64,000 bases of DNA from Callorhinchus milii (GCF_018977255.1 NW_024704742.1:3784001-3848000), one strand, 5' to 3'; positions 27,001 to 39,150 are shown, numbered from the stretch's first letter. The notes: generated from the sequence alone by a model not told the origin. Numbers and translations are program-made.

Positions 27001-30000
27001 TGGGAACTTGCACTCATTGATTGTGAACCACAGAGTTGCGCCATCCTCTCGACTGACTAACTAACAACCAGGTTCCTACTTATTGCTCGGCAAACAAAGG
27101 TGTGTGGAGTGAGAAACCTTGCCTAAGGTTTTGCCCTGCCGGGAATCCAAACCCGGGCTCTCTCGCTTGCTATGGGACTCCACGTGATCCGGGTAGTTTG
27201 TTGTTCCCATCAGGGCTGTACTGCTAGGATTGATGTTGATATTAGTCTGGTCTGGTTTGAGAATGCGTACTTTGTGAATAAATCACCAAATGCAATAAAT
27301 AGCTCCACTGGTTAGAATGTGCTATACCGTCATCTTCATCAAACATATAAAAAGGAGGAATTACACAACAGTGTAAAATAAACTCTGAATAATGTCTGAA
27401 CCTTTAGCTTATCTCTGTCTCGATCACTCACTGGTGTGAGCAAACCAAAAGGTCAGTGTTCAATCACATTGGCCTTAACATTAACCATAATACTACGGTG
27501 TCTTCCATACCTGGTGGTGTGTTTTACAGCCCTGAACATACAGATGTAACAGTAGGAAATTACAATCAGTGGCACGAAGAACACAAAGCAGCAGAGCATC
27601 AAAGTGTAGCTCCTGTTAGATGGAGAATTTGTCACGTAATCCCAGGTGCAGGAAGTCATCAGACCTTCAGGATATAGGAACCTGTGCCAAATATACAATG
27701 GGAGTAAAATGTTTTAAAATAGGAGATGGTGGGATCGTACAAACATTCTACACTTGTGTAAAAATATTCATAGAAAATGTTATTACGCAAATTTCACACC
27801 GTCTGCAGCACTTGGACTTTGAAGGCTAATCCAGGGATTGTTTTTGTTTCAGGCGTCTTTCATTCAGTTGTGCAAGCGCTTTGATTATACTGTGCAGCTG
27901 AAGAAAAAACATTTTAAAGTGTACATTACTTCCTTCTGAGACTACAAAGCTGCTGAAAATACCATCCAAAGTTCAGCAAAAACAAACCAAGCTACAGTTT
28001 CTGTCATTCAGTTTGTTTTTCAACACATAATGACATGTAACAGACTTAAACAAAAACTGAATAGATACACTTACTCCAACCAAGGAGTGGAGGAAGACTC
28101 CATGCAAGCGAATATAGCCAAACCAGAATGATGACCTTCAGTGTATTCTTCTTTGTCGTCGTCGAGCTTATTGATTGTAATGGCTTTGTTATGACCCAAT
28201 AGCGATCAATAGAGATTGCCATTAAAGTAATCATAGATGTAATGCCAAACAGTGCTCCGCAGAAGGCATATAGTTTACAACCTGCAGCAAAACATCAACA
28301 TCAAATATGCCAGTTAAAATATGTTATTAATCTTGAAAACAATATGGGGCGGGGGAGAGGAATTTCCATTCTTTTGAAAAATTAGTCCATCAGGGGTTCA
28401 TCAACCCAGTTATAGAGGGAGGGACACAGATCATTCTTATATAATCCAAATACAAATGAAGGTTACAGTCGCCTGATGTAACAGAGAAGTGCCTTGCTTT
28501 GGCCCACAATATCAGTGCTCAACTGATCGCCAGGTAACTTTGAAATACATTTACATTGATATAGAGTCTCCCCTTTGTGAGGTTGCATTGCTAGGTATGT
28601 GACCTTGGAACTAGGACGAGGAGACCCAGTATACTTCTCACCGAGAAAGACAACCATTCTGTGCACTTGATGTTCAGTCCCTGGTTTAAGAGTCTACTTC
28701 CTTCATTGTGATTAGTACATGTCTTGCTGCTCTCTGTGCTTTCCTTCTCATGCCACTGTAACTGGGCGAGTGTTACCTTCATTTGGGAGGGTTCATTCGG
28801 AACACCGACAACAACAACTTGCATATAAAAAGCGCCCTTCATGCAGGAGTCTTGGAGCGCTTAACACTGGCGGAGCCTAACGCCGAGCCGTTGATAGGGA
28901 GGAGGTGACCATCAGCACGAGGAAGGTCTTCGGTCGTGATCCAAAAGAGGGGAAGTAGGGGGGCAAGGCGTAGGGATTGAAGGAGGGAGTCCTACAGCTT
29001 CAGAGGGGCAAGGGGCGACGCTACTGACACGTAGTCTCGCCCTTTCTCCCTACCATTGGGTATCTTGGCAATGGGTATTTTAATCTGCCGCAGTGCAGAA
29101 TAACGTGTCTTCACATGAAGCTTCAGGCTGCCTGGCAAAGGTTTTGAATTGTGAAAGAAGTGCTGGGTATGTACTTAAATGTTCAAAAAATAAAAACTTG
29201 TTGATTCAGGTTTGCAACCAGTTTAGTGGAAACTTGTGTCAACTTCTGCTGCAGATTGCTTAATCTGCCGCTGTGCAAAATAACGTGTATTCACATGAAG
29301 CTTCAGGATACCTGGCAAAGGTTTTGAAATGTGAAAGAAGTGATGGCCTTAGTAGATTATGAAGATTATGGTCAGAGGTATGACATTTCCCTTTGTTCAC
29401 ATGCCCGGGTCCTTGTGATCTTGGAGGAGGGGAGGTGAAGTCAGATGAAGACTAAATAACAACAACAAGATTTCATTTATAGAGCGCCTTTCACGTCGGG
29501 AGGACGTCCCAAGGCGTTGGACAGTTGGGTCGGGACCCGAGCATTGGGGGGAAATGGTCAGGGGGAGGGAAGGGAGGGAGCGAGGAGGGGGTAGAGAGTC
29601 GAGAGGGGAGCTGAAGGTACAGTCGATGAGAAAGGTCTTGAGACCGGCCTTGAAGGAGGAAAGGGAGGAAGCGGCGAAGGCACTGGGGGATGGAGTTCCA
29701 GAGCCTCGGGGCTGAGAGGCTGAAGGCCCGGCCACCGATGGTAGGGCGGTTAGGACGGGGGATGTGGAGCAGACCGGAGCCAGAGGAACGGAGGGTACGG
29801 GCAGGTAAGTAGGGGGAGCTCAGCACTGGGTGCTTTCTCCAGGAGCCAGAGTCTACCAGCTGCAAAATCATCAGTTTCAAGATCCTCCCTCTTGTATTTA
29901 AATCCCTTCACGCCCTGCCACCTCTCCGACCTTCTCTCTCTCCTTACACCCACTGCCCGCTGCCTCCGCTCGACTGGCTCCGGCCTCCTCCTTATCCCTG

Positions 30001-33000
30001 GGACACTCTGCCCCACCATCGGCTGCCGTGCTTTCAGCCACTGCTCCCCAGAGCTGTGGAATTCTCTCCCTCGATCCCTTCACCTCGGCCCCCACTCTCT
30101 CCCCATTTTCAAGTCGCGCTTGAAGACCTTCCCCTTTGACCGTGTCTACGATCACCTTCCCCCTCCGCCTCCCCCTGGCTCTGCATTGGGCTCGGCCACT
30201 ATTAAGTGCTGCAAGAAGCCTTTTGCAGGTTGTTGTTCTCTAAACACTAGGTTACGAAACTTCTCTTGGTAGATATTCAGCCACCCGGAACAGATTATTA
30301 AAGGAAAGATAAAAACAACACACGCTGGAACTTGATCGCCCCGTGCGCCTACAAATATACAGTCACTACACGCTACAGAAAATATCTGAAGCATTTCGAG
30401 ATGTTTCGATGTGACAAGGCACTATATCAAATTTAAGGATTGTTTTGTTGCCTTAAGTACACCAGAAACAACACTGGGATCGCCACACCACACGCACACG
30501 TTCATTTTAAGTCTTATATACTTCCATACGATCCTTTCTGAGGGTCAACTTTTTTTTCACACTGAAGAGCCCGAGCTTGCTTCATTGTTGCTCGGATCAT
30601 TTCTGTATCATCCTCATTGCTCTCCACTGCGCTTGCACAATTTCTTATTTCCATTTAAATTAAACAAAGCCAATCTCATCAGCGGGCGGTAAAATGCATT
30701 CGAGAACTAAGACCCAATGATTAAGCTGTCAAAACGTCTGCCAGGAATAGACATGGCAGAGTAATGAGGAGCAGGCTCACCGATATTGCCAAATATCCAG
30801 CGCTTGTTTAAACTGCTGACGAAGAAGACGGGAGACTGGGAGGCGGACATCAGGAAGTCGCTGACTGCCAGGTTGGTTATGAAGAAGTTTGGTGCCGTCC
30901 TCAGTTTCTTGTCGCTGCGGGCAATTTCAAGTGAAAGAAACAAAACATTTTATTTGAAAACCACCCCCCCCCCCACAGGATTTGATGTCTTAATTGTCAT
31001 ATCGACGACGTCCGTGTTGCTGCAGTGCGGTTCTATGCACAGAACCCACCGCGCTCTGGAACATCTTTCCGACCTGAAAGGCGCTATACAAGTGCCATTT
31101 GTTGTTGTTGTTGTTGTTGTTGCAGCCCAGTGTCATCCACCATGCAGAAACGACATGAACACCCCCTCCTGTGGTGGGGCTGTATACCAGCTTCTCTAAA
31201 TTCCTTTCCAAATCACTCACCGTCCTGACTCGGACCCACATCCCCTCTTCGTTCACTGCCGCTGAGTTCGAAATCCTGGAGCTCCCCACTCAACAGCACT
31301 GTACGTGCTCCATCACTCGCACAAACCACCGTGGTTTAAAGAGAAGGCCCGACCAGCGCTTTCCTGGGCAACCAGGATTATTTTGATGGATAAAGCAAAA
31401 TGCCTGCGCCATCCACATCCCGAAACGGAGGGTAAAACCAAAATCAAACCTGTTATGGCATCTCACACCCCAGCGTGATAAAACAATCATAAAGAGCAGC
31501 AAAGAGTAATTGTTAGAATAACATTTCAAAAGTTCTGTCACACCGACTTGTTATCAAGCTTTTCTTTTTTGGTCAAATGCATAGTCATCGTTTTGCTCAG
31601 TAATATGTTTGAGTCATCGTCATCATCATAATAATAATAATACTGAATCTTAGCTTTATTAGATTATGGTGGGGGGAGGGAGGGGTGTATACAGCATCGG
31701 ACGAGCAGCAGGAAATCTTACCAGACAGCGATATCAATGGTGAGCTGTGTGGTATTAGCTGGTTAGACTCCAGCATTTACCCCAACGCACACTCTGAGAT
31801 TCCCCCCCCCCACACCCTTGGCTTTTGCCAACCTGCGGCTTATAGTTTCTGGAGTTAAGTGAGCAGGATGTTTACTTCCAGCGAGAGAGCGCGCATTCCA
31901 TTCCAATAACCATCGCTGGGATTTCCATATCGAGGTGGGATACAGGGAAAGGCCATTGAAGAGTCTCTCCCTGGGAAAAGTGGCAGCGAGGAAGCTGCAA
32001 GGAACAGTACTCGGTGCCTATCCTGTAGCTCAGTGGAGTCCTGTAGCTCAGTGGTTAGAGCACTCGCTTTGCAAGCGAGAGACCTGAGTTCAATTCCAGG
32101 CAGAGGGCGAAACCTTGGGCAAGTTTCCTTACTCCACACAGAGCCTAATAATAATCCCTCCAAAACCAAAAACAATAATAAATTGGTCATTTTCAATCCA
32201 CGACTGTTTGTGGGACATTGCTGTGCGCAATTGGCTGCCGCGTTCGCCCACAAATATACAGTCAATTCACTTTACAGTGTGTTCTGTGAAGCGCTTTGGG
32301 ACGTCCTCCCGACGTGAAAAGCGCTATATCAAATGCAAGGATTATTATTATTATTATTATCCTCGGTCTCCTGTGACGGCTGACGGAGGCTCCTGATCAT
32401 CTTTCCTGAGTGAACCACAAAACTCTGCCCTCAATTCCTCTCTCTCTCCGTTCTCTCTCTGTTCTCTCTCTCTCTCTCTATTTTGCACTCCACCCTCACG
32501 CTCTCACAATTACTTCCTCTCTCCCCCTCTCTGTCAATCATTCACATTCTCTCACACTCTTTCTGGCATATAGCACAACATTTGCATATAGAGTACCTAA
32601 CATTTCCATGGCTTTCATTTCACCTTTTGTTCCTTGGTACCTGCCATGATACATGTGTCCTTTGTTTTCCAATCTCAAGGAAATTTTGGTGCTTTCTCAC
32701 TTTGAATACACACGGTTTCAGGTTTGTGCAATCTTATCAGATTTAGGTCAGGAGTTCCTTTGTTGGCTTGATAAAAGTACCTACTCATTATGTGCTCAAA
32801 TGTTTGAACGTTACTTCGCGTTTACCGGTGTTCCTCTCTTTCGCGAATCGGGAAAGCTACAAAGGTTCACAGATCATCGCGTCTTATTTCTGTCAAAATA
32901 TCTGTCATTTTCGTGCCTTGTCACAAGGTTTTGCCGCGAAGCAGGTAAATTTATCATTATTCCTGTTAAGGTTCAGATTCATAAATGCTGTGAGCGCAGT

Positions 33001-35601
33001 AATCTATTTCAATATTTCTGAATTATAGGAAGTAGCTGTCTTCCTCCTCAAATGTTTTCACTATTTAGCAATAGGAACGACTGATAGTTACTGATCTCTA
33101 TTTAGCCACTATCTTTTGTGAATAATTATTAGCGATAGAGGATTGTTTTTATTTCCTCGTGCAGCTTTCCAACGATAACATCTTACTTGAGCTTAAATTG
33201 TACTTTACTTAAAATTGTACGACGACGAGCTGACAAGATATCAGACCTTTTAAAAATAGTTAACTATTTTCCTGCATGAGTACTGTACATAATGATACTG
33301 CAGTATTGCATTTGCTATCGTGCTTTATCAGGTTGAAAAGCATTTGATAGAGTTTACTGTAGTGACTGGGGAATTGTTGGTGAAGGTGGTAACCAACAGC
33401 CATGAAGTGAGTAACCAGTTTTATTGGGGAGATTGTTGGTCAGGCAATTGGGAGAAACTTGCCTTTTCGAACAGACAGACAGGACCTTGATTTAATCATC
33501 CCAGACTGTCAGCTCAAAGTTTTGCATGGGCTTGAAGCCACAATCTTTAGGGGCGAGAGAACGATCAACTGAACTCGGCTGACACCTACATACACAATAT
33601 GCCAAGATTAGTTACAAGATACTTGGAGGAACAGTTCTGAAAGCAGGAAGGGGAAAAACAATGACAATTAGCACCACACTATGCTTTCCTCCCACAACCT
33701 GGGTTTGAACCCATTTGATAAACTTTTACAATCTTCTATGTGGTTACGCTGACACCCGAGAACACCACATTATCACCATTTTGCAAGTCATGAGTGAGGA
33801 GACACCTTTGATAATGTGCAACTTGACCCAATTGTACGAAGCAAATGCTGAAAATTTGTGTGGGCTGAACATTCAGAGATTAAATCTAGTTTGCATACCT
33901 TTCTTTTCATGTCATATCTACAAGTTAATATGCAATTTAAAACCCAATAACTCGTACCATTGGCAGGTAATGCTCAAGTGTCGAATCTTTCAAAAACAAA
34001 TTAGGCAGATTTCTATTAGGAAATAGTAATAATAATAATCCTTGCATTTGATGTAGCGCTTCACAGAATATACTGTAAAGGGAATTGACTGTACATTTTG
34101 TGAGTTAAGCGCAGCAGTGTTCCACAAACAGTCGTGGATTGAGTGACCAAAATATTATTATCATTTTATTGTGAAGGGATTATTACCCCTGAAAAAGCGA
34201 TCCGTCGATCGACTAACAATCGGGTTCTCACTTACTGCTATGTAAACAGAGGCGTGTGGAGTAAGGAAACTTGCCCAATGTTTCAACCAGCAGGGAACCG
34301 AACCTAGGTTTCTCGCTTGCGAGGCGACTGATTTACAGGATTCTACATACTAATAAAATAATATCTTGGGATACAGTATATAATTTGGGACATGACATGC
34401 GCATGCAGCTGCCAGGAGGGTGAAAGGCCAACTGAATGGACTTTGGTCGGCTTTCGTCCAGAAATTCTTATGTTCAATAGGGAAGAGCTTACACTATTGG
34501 ACAAGGGTAATTCAGGGAATATAATTTACTTGGATTTTCTGAGAAAGGCATCAAAGGATATGGNAAAAAAAACTGGGAAATCGAATGCAAAGATTTGGAA
34601 TTTAATTTGTCAAGTTTGTATACGACAAACAGTAGGTTCTGGACTACATTGTGAGACGTTGCTTCAGACCCTTTATTGTTCATGTATCATACAACCAGAT
34701 TCAACCATATGGAAACACTGGGGTGAAATGTTGGTGTTTCCTAACTCATCAAAGACAATGCTGTGGTTCACGTGCAATGGAATGTGATCCAATTTATTTC
34801 CAATTCCGATTCGGCATTTGCAACAAAACTGAACCTGTGTCAATCATTCCTTCTCCCCTCTGTTGGTCTGTTGGTCACTCTGCAGTAAGGTTTCAACCTG
34901 AACCCAGTGTTTACTGATCTTTGTGAAACCGGCTGTTGCTGGGGTTGGACTGGCTGGTGTTTGACATCTGGGCCTGTCCTCCTTTCTTTGCTACAATTCA
35001 CTCAAAAGACACCACAAGTGGCAGAGAGGCAAAACCTTCTGGTGCCTTGCAAGTAAAAACAAAATTCCCATCTCACCCCTGTCACTGTGAAGTTCTTTAA
35101 GACGTTTCAATGACATGATAAAGCACTATATCAAATGCAAGAATTATTATTATTATTATTATCTGATCCACTTATTATCACGCCATGAAGTATGGTAAAT
35201 TTCCCCCTAGACTGTCCCTCACTATCAAACTGAGTTTCCTGTTGTGTCTCTTACTTTTACCACTATCAGTACTGAATCCAAAAGTCAGCTTTTCTATAGC
35301 TTGGATCAAACCAGTCCTTCCACTGTCTTGTGAAACTCTAGACATTTGCTTTGAGCGATGCAAGACATTTCCGATAAATGCACCAAAATGTTTAAACTGA
35401 AGGATGTTAAAGGTGATTTTTCGTAAATTTGGGTAAGAAGCCAAGCACTTTGGAAATAATGTGTTACCTGTAAACTGCATAAAGTACCAGGAGATTCCCC
35501 AAGACTCCAATGGTGCCAATCACAATAATGCAGCTGCCAAAGATATAGTGAATACAGTCAGGAACATTGACCGTGTCAAAGGTCCGGTGGTGGGAATCCA
35601 T
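14593..35601 (-). CDS. opn4x: Melanopsin, Xenopus-like (opn4x), multi-exon; 1-nt frameshift in the assembled sequence
   Basis: Exons 35601-35468, 30914-30781, 28281-28075, 27681-27511, 26304-26143, 23788-23681, 22024-21859, 15006-14593, all GT-AG. Motifs [66 protein letters not shown]. Sum is 1496 nt, one short of 499 codons. Position next to hpgds/smarcad1 fits the x orthologue rather than opn4m. Confidence 0.95.
15409..15716 (-). mobile_element. SINE, related subfamily with an extra central block
   Basis: Shares head and tail with the young SINE and adds a gcgatcc..aatcgactaacaacc..gttc block, also seen near 16300, 25500, 27060 and 34200. Confidence 0.8.
16172..16510 (+). mobile_element. 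SINE, extra-block subfamily
   Basis: Degenerate head (gggttcaattccc), central block and (tta)n tail. Confidence 0.8.
17152..17555 (+). mobile_element. DeuSINE-like element (AmnSINE1/SacSINE1-related), near full length
   Basis: Different tRNA-like head (ggctcatttggtaggactctcacctctgagtcagagagttgtgggttcaagcccc); central ttaaagatcccatgg...gtcctgg segment recalled from DeuSINEs; L2-type tail. Confidence 0.7.
18054..18110. repeat. Perfect 20-bp inverted repeat with 17-nt spacer
   Basis: actcctgataactcatcact (18054-18073) and agtgatgagttatcaggagt (18091-18110). Confidence 0.97.
20966..21577 (-). mobile_element. DeuSINE-like copy interrupted by a 5'-truncated young SINE (21394-21510, +)
   Basis: Reverse complement of the 17152 family, split at aagt (21316-21319 and 21510-21513). 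Confidence 0.7.
21859..22024 (-). CDS. opn4x: opn4x exon (helix 8 and proximal C-tail)
   Basis: [56 protein letters not shown]; 166 nt; ctctacag| and |gtaagc; phase 2 to 0. Confidence 0.9.
23681..23788 (-). CDS. opn4x: opn4x exon (TM7, retinal-binding Lys)
   Basis: [37 protein letters not shown]; Schiff-base Lys codon at 23734-23736; 108 nt; ctcag| and |gtgagt. Confidence 0.97.
25300..25650 (-). mobile_element. SINE, extra-block subfamily, near full length
   Basis: Tail at ~25300, head (tgctctaacc..acagga) at ~25645. Confidence 0.82.
25965..26105 (+). mobile_element. CR1 ORF2 fragment
   Basis: [22 protein letters not shown] (CR1 VQRRAT..SYEERL motif). Confidence 0.7.
26143..26304 (-). CDS. 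opn4x: opn4x exon (ICL3 and TM6)
   Basis: [55 protein letters not shown]; 162 nt; ctcttag| and |gtaagt; phase 2 to 2. Confidence 0.95.
27511..27681 (-). CDS. opn4x: opn4x exon (ECL2 and TM5); 171 nt, one base short
   Basis: SY(I)[54 protein letters not shown]; acceptor ggcacag|, donor ag|gtatgg. Flanking phases (1 and 2) require a length of 3n+1. Confidence 0.93.
28075..28281 (-). CDS. opn4x: opn4x exon (TM3-TM4, DRY motif)
   Basis: [69 protein letters not shown]; 207 nt; phase 1 to 1; donor a|gtaagt. Confidence 0.96.
29080..29346. repeat. 87-nt direct duplication, copies offset by 180 nt
   Basis: 29080-29166 and 29260-29346 differ at only a few positions. Confidence 0.93.
29455..29820 (-). 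mobile_element. L2 LINE 3' fragment
   Basis: [32 protein letters not shown]; 3' stem-loop and (TTG)n tail. Confidence 0.9.
29866..30240 (+). mobile_element. L2 LINE 3' fragment
   Basis: [43 protein letters not shown]. Confidence 0.88.
30781..30914 (-). CDS. opn4x: opn4x exon (ICL1 and TM2)
   Basis: [46 protein letters not shown]; 134 nt; ccgcag| and |gtgagc; phase 2 to 1. Confidence 0.96.
32035..32360 (+). mobile_element. Young tRNA-derived SINE, full length
   Basis: ggagtcctgtagctcagtggttagagcactcgctttgcaagcgag...gggacgtcctcccgacgtgaaaagcgct...(tta)n; TGC in the anticodon position. Confidence 0.95.
34027..34345 (-). mobile_element. SINE, extra-block subfamily
   Basis: Same structure as the 25300-25650 copy. 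Confidence 0.8.
34385..34560 (+). mobile_element. CR1 fragments (3' UTR and RT piece)
   Basis: ttcttatgttc tail followed by [13 protein letters not shown]; similar to ~12050-12150. Confidence 0.6.
35468..35601 (-). CDS. opn4x: opn4x first coding exon (N-terminus and TM1)
   Basis: [47 protein letters not shown] in acc-ATG-g context; acceptor tttgttgcag 9 nt upstream (exon starts 35610); donor ag|gtaac, phase 2. Confidence 0.92.
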
Positions 35602-35823
35602 GGTTGGAGCCTGCAACAAAATAAACATGTTTTGACATTAGCCCAATGTTCAAGGGATGATTTAGAATGATTGAGCGCCTTATGAAATACTTTGGCATTA
35701 AATGAAAGTCATGGGCTTGGGTCTTAGTTCCATTCTGTCCTTTCTTTATTTGCCTAAAATCCAACAGTGCACTGCATCAAAATCCCTTATCTATGTTACA
35801 GCTTTCTTTATATCCTCTTTTGA

Positions 35824-36145
35824 AGTCCTGTAACTTAGTGGTTAGAGCGCTCGCTTTGCAAGCGAGAGACCTGAGTTCAATTCCAGGCAGAGGGCGAAAC
35901 CTTGGGCAAGTTTCCTTACTCCACACAGAGCCTAATAATAATCCCTCCAAAAACAATAATAAATTAGTCATTTTCTACGACTGTTGTGGGACATTGCTGT
36001 GCACAATTGGCTGCCGCGTTCGCCCACAAATAATCACAGTCAATTCACTTTACAGTGTGTTCTGTGAAGCGCTTTGGGACGTCCTCCCGACGTGAAAAGC
36101 GCTATATCAAATGCAAGGATTATTAAGGATTATTACTATTATTAT
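35824..36145 (+). mobile_element. Young tRNA-derived SINE
   Basis: Same family with small internal deletions; about 210 nt upstream of the opn4x first coding exon. Confidence 0.93.
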
Positions 36146-39100
36146 AAGGGATTTGGGATCTTTTATTTCCTTCATTTAAGATAAGTACAGGGCATTTATG
36201 TTGGTTTTGCTTTGAATAAGATGAATGAATGTTTCATACGCTGAAGTAAACTACGTTATCTGTACTATTAAGGAGGAAGTGCTGGAATGATCTGGTGACC
36301 ATTGGCGTTACTGTGGCTCATTTGGTCTTACTATTGCCTTCATGTCATAAAAAAATACTTCCTGTTGTCTGTCCTGAAACTGCCCTTTACAGCCCTAAAT
36401 ACAACTCCAGTTGGATCGATATTTTGGGGATTTTCATTTCAGCAAATGTACGTTGCCAGCTCAAGACTCTTAAAGGGATTAAGTGAACATTCACATACAT
36501 GGCTGCTTTGATCCTGGAGAGCAGGTGGCCATATTAACTGCGTAACTACATTATAATTACATTATCAGTGCTATGTGGTAACAACATGCTAAACAATATA
36601 CACCGCTCTCATACAGACAAATTCCTTTAACAAGGGCAAAGATGATTTCTGGAAGGCAACACGAGGAAAGATAGAATTTCATGCCAAAATCAGTCAACTC
36701 GTTCTCAAACAAGATGCAGTCAGTGGTTGAATCTTAGAACAGGATATTGAAGGAGCCACTATCTAAATGAAAGCGCTCTGGGACACTAAACTGCGCTGTA
36801 TAAATAATAATAATAATCCTTGTATTTGATATAGCGCTTTTCACGTCTTCGAGATGTCTCAAAGCGCTTTACGGAATAGACTGTAAAGTGAATTGACCGT
36901 ATATTTGTGGGCGAAATGCAAGTTGTTATTGTTGAAAACAAAGTTTTGTAAAATTATTGTTTGTTTGGGAAGGGTTGAGAGAAAAACAGAACCTTGTGCC
37001 ATTCCCACGGAGCTGAAGCGATTTAAGTTGCTATCTATGTTGAGTAAAAGGATCTTTCATGAAAACAATAGTCCTTTAACCAAAATGAACCCTCCCTTCT
37101 ACACTAGGGTGCATTTAAACTATATTTTACCCCTGATAATATTTTCCTTTCATCTCCATCCATGCCATGTAACCCCAGTGCAGTAAATTTTCCTTCCATT
37201 GATTTCTTTGTGTGCACGAACAATGTAAAAGCTTTTTCTTGTAATAGATTCGAGATAAGCATTGACAGCCATCACACGGGAAAGCACCTTTCCAGTGTCA
37301 AACCCACACTTTTCATACGTTTTTCCACAAGTCCCTCGGTGTTGTTTTCCGCAGATTTTACAAATTCAAGTTGCCTACCTGAAACGTGGCCAAAATCCCT
37401 TCTCTTTTCATGTTGCAAACTTCTTTCCAACTTGTATCCAGTTAATAGATATCCTGTAATCTGCGTGTAAGAAACAATGTTCTCTGCATCAAGGGATGGT
37501 GAAGCGTTCACCACACAAAATACCCCGGTGAGAATGTGAAGCCAATTTGACGCTGGATTACTGCAATTATTGACTTTGTGTATTAAATCATATGCCTGAT
37601 TGGTCATCTCATCTGGGCTAAGTGTGTTGGGCATCCCGCTGAGCTGGGAAAATCAAATTGCATTTCATTACCGTGTCACAATCAATTAATGTATCTGCGG
37701 CAACTGATCTGTGTTTCTATGGGCTCCTCAATAACCCCACACTTCAGCCACTACTCCTTTACATTTGTGAGCAACTACCTGCACAAGTACCAGCTGCTTA
37801 CCTGGCAGGTAGATTAGACTGCAGGGACTTGCGATCTGATTCAAAGACGTACGTCTATATTGTGGAAAATAGGAAATCCTAAGCTATATGTATTCTGATT
37901 TTAATTTGCCACACTGTCGGGTGTTCCCAATATTCAACTCATGAACCATTGAAATCCTCTAAGAATATTACCATTTGAACTCCTATGTAATTCCAAAATC
38001 CGGTTCCTGATATACACCTCACGTCAAACTGTATGGCAGTAGCGAATAACGAGATGGATTTTGTTTGCATTTCTTTCTATGCAAAGCCTGTGGTTACCCC
38101 ATGCAAAAGTAAATGCAAAAGTTGAATATCTACCACACTCAGTACACAATCTCTAAATACAGGTCAGTACTCGTGTGGAAACATTCTGAAGTTTATGGGA
38201 TCAACTTCAGTTGCTGGTACTTTTGGTGTCGGGCCAGCTCAGCCGGTAGCGTTCTCTTTTTTGGAAAACGATACCGAAAATATATGTGCCTTGTACGTGG
38301 TTTAGACTTTATGGTTACAAAATCCAAGCTACAGGGCTTAACGTATCTGGTCAGTCATTTTACTGATAGGAATCAGTGGCAGTAGTGGTGAGGATTCTAT
38401 TTGCTAGTCATGGAAGTAAACACAAGTTCGGGTGTAAATGTTACTGAAACAGGTCATTCATTTTGCTGTGATTTCCTCCTGCGATTCCTTTGGTACGTCA
38501 CTTGAATTGGGTTCAAAGTTAGCAAACGTGGAAATGGACATCACACCTAGTTTTATTTTCAGATTTCTGAACAGTCAGCCGAATTAGCTTTTCTGGGTTT
38601 TTTTTAAAAATCTTTGCTGTCTATTCTTGCAACTGTAGGCAATTCAACCAACTACTGAAGGTAGCTGGATTGCAACTCATTCCTGTGTTGTGTAGAAGGT
38701 GCAAACTTTAGTAAAAGCGTTCGTTTGACTAAGGCAATGGTCTCAAACTTATTAGTTTGTTGCCCACTTAAAAATTCTTTTGACTTGTGCTCTCCTGGCT
38801 TTGCAAATGTGGGTCAGTAAGCCTCCGAGGGAATGCAGTGAACTTCATTATCAATAAAACAAATCGAAGGCCAAATGCACACACAAAGGAGCAGTACAAT
38901 CCTTTATCGCATGCAAATGAAAAGCAAAACGATGAATGCTGGATATCTGGACTAAGAAGAGAACACGCTGGAATTGCACATCAGTGTTGTTCAGCCGGCT
39001 GTGACATGCTTAGCTTATCCAAGCCTGACTGACAATTCCGCGTGCGCAAACCACCAATACAAAGAAATTGGAAGACGTACCCTCTCCCGGCAGAATGCCA

Positions 39101-39150
39101 ACCTCATCCTGGGAAGTATTAGACGTATGTTGGCACGAATAGAGGCTAAA

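Noticed and set aside
32035..32106. tRNA-Ala(TGC)-like gene in SINE heads
   Set aside because: No proper acceptor stem or oligo-T terminator; it always continues into the SINE body in multiple copies.
34920..35090. LF-SINE-like similarity (gcagagaggc...tctcacccct)
   Set aside because: The match is too short and diverged to support without a profile search.
37272..37634. 120-aa minus-strand ORF upstream of opn4x
   Set aside because: No recognisable homology and no convincing donor linking it to the first coding exon.
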